A stretch of DNA of 64,000 bases, from contig CAYZIN010000004.1 in the NCBI GenBank assembly GCA_964478595.1, positions 557 to 64,556 on the forward strand, in the 5' to 3' direction. This DNA is from an uncultured Candidatus Saccharibacteria bacterium. GTDB taxonomy: Bacteria; Patescibacteriota; Saccharimonadia; UBA4664; CAZJNH01. Shown in pieces: positions 59,306 to 64,000 of this stretch. The translations under genes were made by a program, and so were the position numbers. Within the stretch, counting starts at the first letter, position 1. Every line of letters begins with the position of its first letter. The notes under the pieces were generated by a model, which saw only the letters and a program-made list of their open reading frames with translations, did no database searches and was not told the origin of the DNA.

Positions 59306-60198
59306 TGTATTACTACATTCTCAATCCAGCTGCCGGGCGGGGCAAAGTCGGACAAATCGAACAGCGTTTGCGTGACCGGCTAAAAGAGTTGGGCATATCC
59401 GGTGAATTCGCTAAAACTACCGGTCCCACCGATGCCACCAAGATGGCCTACGCAGCGGTTGCCAAGGGCGCCAATACTATCGTGGCGGTGGGCGGTGACG
59501 GTACCGTCAACGAAGTCATAAACGGTATCAAGAGAGATAACGTTGCCGTCGGGATTGTACCGGTTGGCAAACAAAACTCGCTGGCCAAAAAGCTTGGTGT
59601 TTATAATTGGCAGCAGGCTACTGAGCTACTGGCGAGTCGACGACTATCAGCATTTAATTTAATGGCGGCTGGATCACATTATTTTTTATCGAATTTAGAC
59701 ATCGGTTTCGATGCAGACTTCGACAAGCAGGTTGAAAACGATCAAACGGGGTTTAAGAATCGGTTTAGGGAAATCCGCCAAACCCTAACCCACACCAAGC
59801 ACTTCGAAACATTCAAGTGCAAGCTGACTATCGATGACGATTTAAAACTTGAAGCAGAAGTTTTTAGTCTAGCCATTACTAACCAGAAAGTTCAGGACCC
59901 CTCCGCTCCCAACAAATTAGTTATAACTTTCTCCGAACGGCCAACCAACCGCCAATTAGGCAGCCAGGTCCTTAAACTACTCTCAGCCAAAGCCAAGCTT
60001 GACGAAAACTTTACCTCGCGGCTACTCAGCCAGCGGGTGCTGATTGAGACCAACCCAGAGCAAAGCATCATGATCGACTCGAAGCTGTCGGGTCGAACTC
60101 CGGTAGCGGTCCGTCTAACTGAAAAAAAGATCCGGTTCGTTTGCGGCAAGGACTTGCCTACAGCCACCAAAAAGCCGCCAGCTGTAGTTGACGCCTAA
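59305..60198 (+). CDS. Diacylglycerol kinase-family protein
   Basis: ILNPAAG, GGDGTVNEVING. Confidence 0.9.
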   Translation: MYYYILNPAAGRGKVGQIEQRLRDRLKELGISGEFAKTTGPTDATKMAYAAVAKGANTIVAVGGDGTVNEVINGIKRDNVAVGIVPVGKQNSLAKKLGVYNWQQATELLASRRLSAFNLMAAGSHYFLSNLDIGFDADFDKQVENDQTGFKNRFREIRQTLTHTKHFETFKCKLTIDDDLKLEAEVFSLAITNQKVQDPSAPNKLVITFSERPTNRQLGSQVLKLLSAKAKLDENFTSRLLSQRVLIETNPEQSIMIDSKLSGRTPVAVRLTEKKIRFVCGKDLPTATKKPPAVVDA

Positions 60199-60236
60199 GT
60201 CGCTTCTCTGGTAAGATTACTCGCGCTTGAAAGAGA

Positions 60237-60800
60237 TTGGCCATCAATAAAATTCGCTTGAACCGAGAAATCACCGCCCGTGAGGTTCGCCTCATTGGGG
60301 CCGACGGTGAGCAGTTTGGAGTCGTGCCCGTTTCCGAGGCACTCGCCCAAGCCGAACAAAGCGGATACGACCTGGCCGAGATAGCACCCAAAGCCACTCC
60401 GCCGGTGGCTAAGTTGCTTGATTGGGGCAAGTATCGCTACGAGCAAGATAAGCTTGAGCAAAAAAGCCGCAAAAAGCAAAAGCAGATTGAAGTTAAAGGA
60501 ATTCGGATGGGGCTTAAAATCTCCGAGCACGACCTTGAGGTTAAACGAGGGCACGCTCGCCGGTTCCTAGAAGAGGGACACAAGGTCCGCATTGCTCTCC
60601 GCTTCAAAGGCCGGGAAATTACCCGTCCAGAATTAGGCAGGGCGGTTTTAACCAGGTTTGCCGAGTCGCTCGACGACATAGAAATCGAGCAAACGCCGGA
60701 GCTAGCCGGTCGCGAACTAAGTATGCTTTTAGGAAAAGCCAAACATGCCAAAGCTGAAAACTCACAAATCGACACAGAAGAGAATCAAAGTATCGGGTAG
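60237..60800 (+). CDS. infC: Translation initiation factor IF-3
   Basis: EVRLIGADGEQFG, PPVAKLLDWGKYRY, FKGRE; non-AUG start. Confidence 0.97.
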   Translation: MAINKIRLNREITAREVRLIGADGEQFGVVPVSEALAQAEQSGYDLAEIAPKATPPVAKLLDWGKYRYEQDKLEQKSRKKQKQIEVKGIRMGLKISEHDLEVKRGHARRFLEEGHKVRIALRFKGREITRPELGRAVLTRFAESLDDIEIEQTPELAGRELSMLLGKAKHAKAENSQIDTEENQSIG

Positions 60801-60945
60801 CGGAAAACTGCTACGCCGCAAAGCTTCTAGTTCCCACAACTTCTTCCCTAAACAAACCAAAACCAAGCGCGGGTTCAGTAAAGATATGCAATTATCACAT
60901 AGCGATTTAGCCAGAGTTAAGAAACTGGTAAGGAACCAGCAATGA
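60745..60945 (+). CDS. rpmI: 50S ribosomal protein L35
   Basis: [18 protein letters not shown]; synteny. Confidence 0.96.
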   Translation: MPKLKTHKSTQKRIKVSGSGKLLRRKASSSHNFFPKQTKTKRGFSKDMQLSHSDLARVKKLVRNQQ

Positions 60946-61292
60946 GAGTAAAGCGCGGGGTTACCGCCCACAAAAGACACAAGAAAATAGTTAAGCAAGC
61001 GAAGGGAATGATCCATTCGCGCCGCTCTTCAAGCCGTAAGGCTAACGAAGCGGTTATAAAGGCGCTGTCTTACGGCTACCGCGACCGGCGCAACCGCAAA
61101 CGCGACCTGCGCTCACTGTGGATTACCCGTATTAACGCGGGGCTTGGCGATGATATGTCCTATTCGGTTTTTATTAACGGCCTCAAAAAAAGCGGCATCT
61201 CTCTAGACCGCAAGGTCTTAGCTGAGCTGGCCGCTACCGAACCAAAGGCCTTTAAAGCCGTAACCGAGGCCGCCGGAAAAGCCCTTAAATAA
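60942..61292 (+). CDS. rplT: 50S ribosomal protein L20
   Basis: [25 protein letters not shown]. Confidence 0.98.
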   Translation: MRVKRGVTAHKRHKKIVKQAKGMIHSRRSSSRKANEAVIKALSYGYRDRRNRKRDLRSLWITRINAGLGDDMSYSVFINGLKKSGISLDRKVLAELAATEPKAFKAVTEAAGKALK

Positions 61293-62412
61293 GCCGCTTC
61301 CCGTCTCTGTATTTGTCCGCCACTAGCTGGCGGATTTTAGTTTGGAAGATTTTTTTATCGAACTGCTTTGAATGTTCTCGCAAAACTTCAGGGCGAAATT
61401 TGAGCTTGGTAAAGCTTTTGATGGCTAGTATTAGCGCGCCACTGGTTTGGGGCATAAAGAGCACACCGGTCTTGCGATCGATCACCGTCTCCGCAGCTCC
61501 ACCTTTGCCGTAGGCGATTACCGGGGTACCGGCGGCCTGAGCCTCAACTGGCACCATGCCATAATCCTCCTCTTGGGGATAAAGCACAGCGCGGGCGTTG
61601 GCGTAAAGCTGAGGAAGCTCTTTTTCCGATACAAAACCCTTAAATTCAATATTAGCCTTGGCGCGCGAACGCTGCTCTGCGATTGCCTCACCCGTGCCGG
61701 CAATAACTAGCGGCAAGCCAAGCCGATTGAATGCGTTTATGGCTAAATCTAGACGCTTGTAAGCCACTTGGCGACCAACAATCAGAAAGTAATCGCCATG
61801 ACGCTTCGTGAGCTTTAGGAACCTCTCTGTTTCAGTTGGCGGGTTGATCACTTCTGCATCGCGGTCGTAATATTTTTTAATTCTACCCTTAATATAGTTG
61901 GACTGAGTCACAAAGTAGTCGACCTTTTGAGCTTTGTGGTAGTCATACCACCTGAGCGGTCCGATAATCAGCGGTAAAACCAGCCTTGCTAGTGGGTTCA
62001 GCCAACCAAACGGCGGATGCTTGAGGTACCAATCGTAATCGCTCCAGTAGTAACGAATTGGGGTATAGCAGTAACAAATATGGATGGTGTTTGGCCCGGT
62101 TTTGACGTACTTGGATTCAGCGCTCGACGAGGATATAACGACGTCATAATCAGAAAGGTCGAGTCCGCGGAAAGCCATCGCTCGTGCGATCGAAAACAGT
62201 TGGTGCTTGCGTTTGGCTAAACCGATTTTGTTGAGCCAAGTGGTCCGAATGTCGGCGTTTTTAAATTGCGGAAATTTTGACGGATCGTAAGCTGCTGTAT
62301 AGATCGGGGCGTCGGGCCAGATTTCATGCAATGCCAACACAACCCTCTCGGCTCCGCCGTAGGACACCATCCAGTCATGGACAATCGCAACCTTCAAGCT
62401 AGTAAGCTCCAT
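61285..62412 (-). CDS. GT4 glycosyltransferase
   Basis: [30 protein letters not shown]. Confidence 0.93.
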   Translation of the reverse strand: MELTSLKVAIVHDWMVSYGGAERVVLALHEIWPDAPIYTAAYDPSKFPQFKNADIRTTWLNKIGLAKRKHQLFSIARAMAFRGLDLSDYDVVISSSSAESKYVKTGPNTIHICYCYTPIRYYWSDYDWYLKHPPFGWLNPLARLVLPLIIGPLRWYDYHKAQKVDYFVTQSNYIKGRIKKYYDRDAEVINPPTETERFLKLTKRHGDYFLIVGRQVAYKRLDLAINAFNRLGLPLVIAGTGEAIAEQRSRAKANIEFKGFVSEKELPQLYANARAVLYPQEEDYGMVPVEAQAAGTPVIAYGKGGAAETVIDRKTGVLFMPQTSGALILAIKSFTKLKFRPEVLREHSKQFDKKIFQTKIRQLVADKYRDGKRLI

Positions 62413-63838
62413 TTTTCTTAAACAGGGTGAAGATGGTTTTAAGTAAAATCTTAATGTCTAGCCACAAACTCCAGTTTTCAACGTAATAAATGTCGAGCTT
62501 AACCCGACCCTCAAAACCGACATCACTACGGCCAGAGACTTGCCACAAGCCAGTCACACCGCACCGCAACGCCAAGATTTTCGGCAGCTCTTCACCGAAC
62601 CTATCGATCTCGTTTTCAAACATTGGCCTCGGGCCAACCAAACTCAAATCACCTCTCAAAACGTTAATTAACTGGGGCAACTCATCCAGCGAAGTCCGGC
62701 GCAAGAATCGCCCAAACCAACTTACTCTTGGGTCATTGGTTAATTTATTTTCTTTACGAAACTCGGCGATCAACTCCGGTCGCCCCATTTTTTCAAAAGC
62801 TTCTTCTTCGCTTTTTACACCATCGCCGACGCTAAATTTGCGCAGCATCGTACGAAATTTTAGAATCGAAATCTTGTGATTTTCCCTGGTCAAACGCTTC
62901 TGTCTATAAAGGGCTGGACCAGGATCAGTTAGCTTAGCTATTAGCGCGATTATTAACATCAAAGGAGAGAAAATAATTAAGGCCAGTGTTGCACCAACTA
63001 CATCAAAAGCCCGCTTAACAATCCTTCCCCAACCATCCAGCGGTGTGTGTCTGATTTCAATCGTCGGCTGTCCGTTAATGATTGCCAGCGTTGAATTAGA
63101 CGCAAACACTCCAAATTGGTTCGGCACAAACCGGTAAGCTAAATGATGATTGGTCGCGTACTCGACAAGCTTGATAACTTCTTCAGGTTCTAAATCCGAG
63201 TCAGCTTGAATAATCTCATCCAGCCTTGGTGATAGTGCTTCATCTAGTGTTTTATAAATTCTTAAATCTTCAAAAGCCTGACCTTTGGGTTTGGCTGTGT
63301 CAAACAAGCCAACGAACCGATACCCCGTTAGGTCTGTGTCGTTGAGACCTGAAAAAATCTGCTCGGCGATTGGCCCCGATCCTACCAATAAGGTTCTGCG
63401 AATGCCGATGTTGTAACTGAAAAGATAACGCTGAATCGCCCGCATTATCTGGCGGCCCAGGCTAACGAAGATAAAACTTAAGACGAAGGCGTAAATCGGA
63501 ATCGAACGTGACGGAAAAAGCGGTTTGTGCGTCAAAAAATCAAATAGAATCATTACCATAGTGCCACTCATTACGGCTACTAAAACCTTACCTAGTTCGG
63601 CAAATCGGCCACGCTGACTTGAGAGGTTATAAAGCCCACTCACAACGAAAATAATCAGCCAAATAGGAGCTGCCAACAAAATAATTTTGAGAAATAATAT
63701 AGCGCCGATCGGGTTCGCTACAGGCCGAGCATCAATTTTGACCCGAATAATATAAGCCAACACAAAAGCGGCCGTAATCGCCAAAAAGTCGATCGGCACC
63801 TGCAGTAAACTAAAAATTAATTCGCTCTTTTTCCTCAT
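62399..63838 (-). CDS. Polyprenyl-phosphate sugar-1-phosphate transferase (WcaJ/WbaP-like)
   Basis: KRAFD, KFRTM, DPRVS, RRTSLDELPQL, SLVGPRP, GVTGLWQVSGR. Confidence 0.95.
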   Translation of the reverse strand: MRKKSELIFSLLQVPIDFLAITAAFVLAYIIRVKIDARPVANPIGAILFLKIILLAAPIWLIIFVVSGLYNLSSQRGRFAELGKVLVAVMSGTMVMILFDFLTHKPLFPSRSIPIYAFVLSFIFVSLGRQIMRAIQRYLFSYNIGIRRTLLVGSGPIAEQIFSGLNDTDLTGYRFVGLFDTAKPKGQAFEDLRIYKTLDEALSPRLDEIIQADSDLEPEEVIKLVEYATNHHLAYRFVPNQFGVFASNSTLAIINGQPTIEIRHTPLDGWGRIVKRAFDVVGATLALIIFSPLMLIIALIAKLTDPGPALYRQKRLTRENHKISILKFRTMLRKFSVGDGVKSEEEAFEKMGRPELIAEFRKENKLTNDPRVSWFGRFLRRTSLDELPQLINVLRGDLSLVGPRPMFENEIDRFGEELPKILALRCGVTGLWQVSGRSDVGFEGRVKLDIYYVENWSLWLDIKILLKTIFTLFKKNGAY

Positions 63839-63899
63839 CGTTGTAACGCTTATTGTACATCTTTAGAAAAACCCCGCCCTAAAGCGAGGTTCTTCTTAT

Positions 63900-64000
63900 G
63901 CCAGGCTGCCTGTAAGCCGGATTCTGTCTAGAATGGCTATCTATCTAGGCCAGCTGTTACCAACTGGCTCAAGCGGCTATCGTTGACCGTAGCGAGCAGC
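63900..64000 (-). ncRNA. rnpB: RNase P RNA, 3' part (continues beyond the window)
   Basis: Minus strand GCCAGTTG-GTAA-CAGCTGGC hairpin, CTAGATAGAT and the conserved ACAGAATCCGGCTTA. Confidence 0.9.

Noticed and set aside
60237-60800. Non-AUG infC start (TTG or ATC) and 56-nt overlap with rpmI
   Set aside because: Non-canonical infC initiation is well-known autoregulation, not novel.

Overview
Gene-dense chromosomal window (~50% GC) from a small-genome bacterium. Gene content and style (TrmB regulator, VirD4-like ATPase, ComM, LPxTG surface proteins, many ORFans) suggest Patescibacteria/CPR, probably Saccharibacteria-like; this is inference. Housekeeping content: gyrB-gyrA, pheS-pheT, trpS, argS, smpB, tmRNA, tRNA-Pro(CGG), infC-rpmI-rplT, the 3' end of RNase P RNA, rmuC, a UvrD-nuclease fusion, galT and glycosyltransferases. 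Highlights: (1) a five-gene operon (2822-7839) plus a distant paralogue (39056-39886) encoding secreted Asn/Thr/Ser/Gly-rich proteins built from a ~72-aa repeat in free, LPxTG-tailed and membrane-tailed forms, a candidate undescribed functional-amyloid/fibre system; (2) a PheT carrying an apparently intact NlpC/P60 cysteine-hydrolase domain inside its B5 domain; (3) two stand-alone, highly structured 360-400 nt candidate ncRNAs with their own promoters and terminators; (4) a tandem array of ORFans joined by an identical 77-bp terminator-promoter-RBS module; (5) an identical 23-bp GTTC-N7-GTTC operator in the comM and nuclease promoters; (6) near-leaderless architecture of many core genes. All family calls come from motif recognition by eye; no database searches were run.
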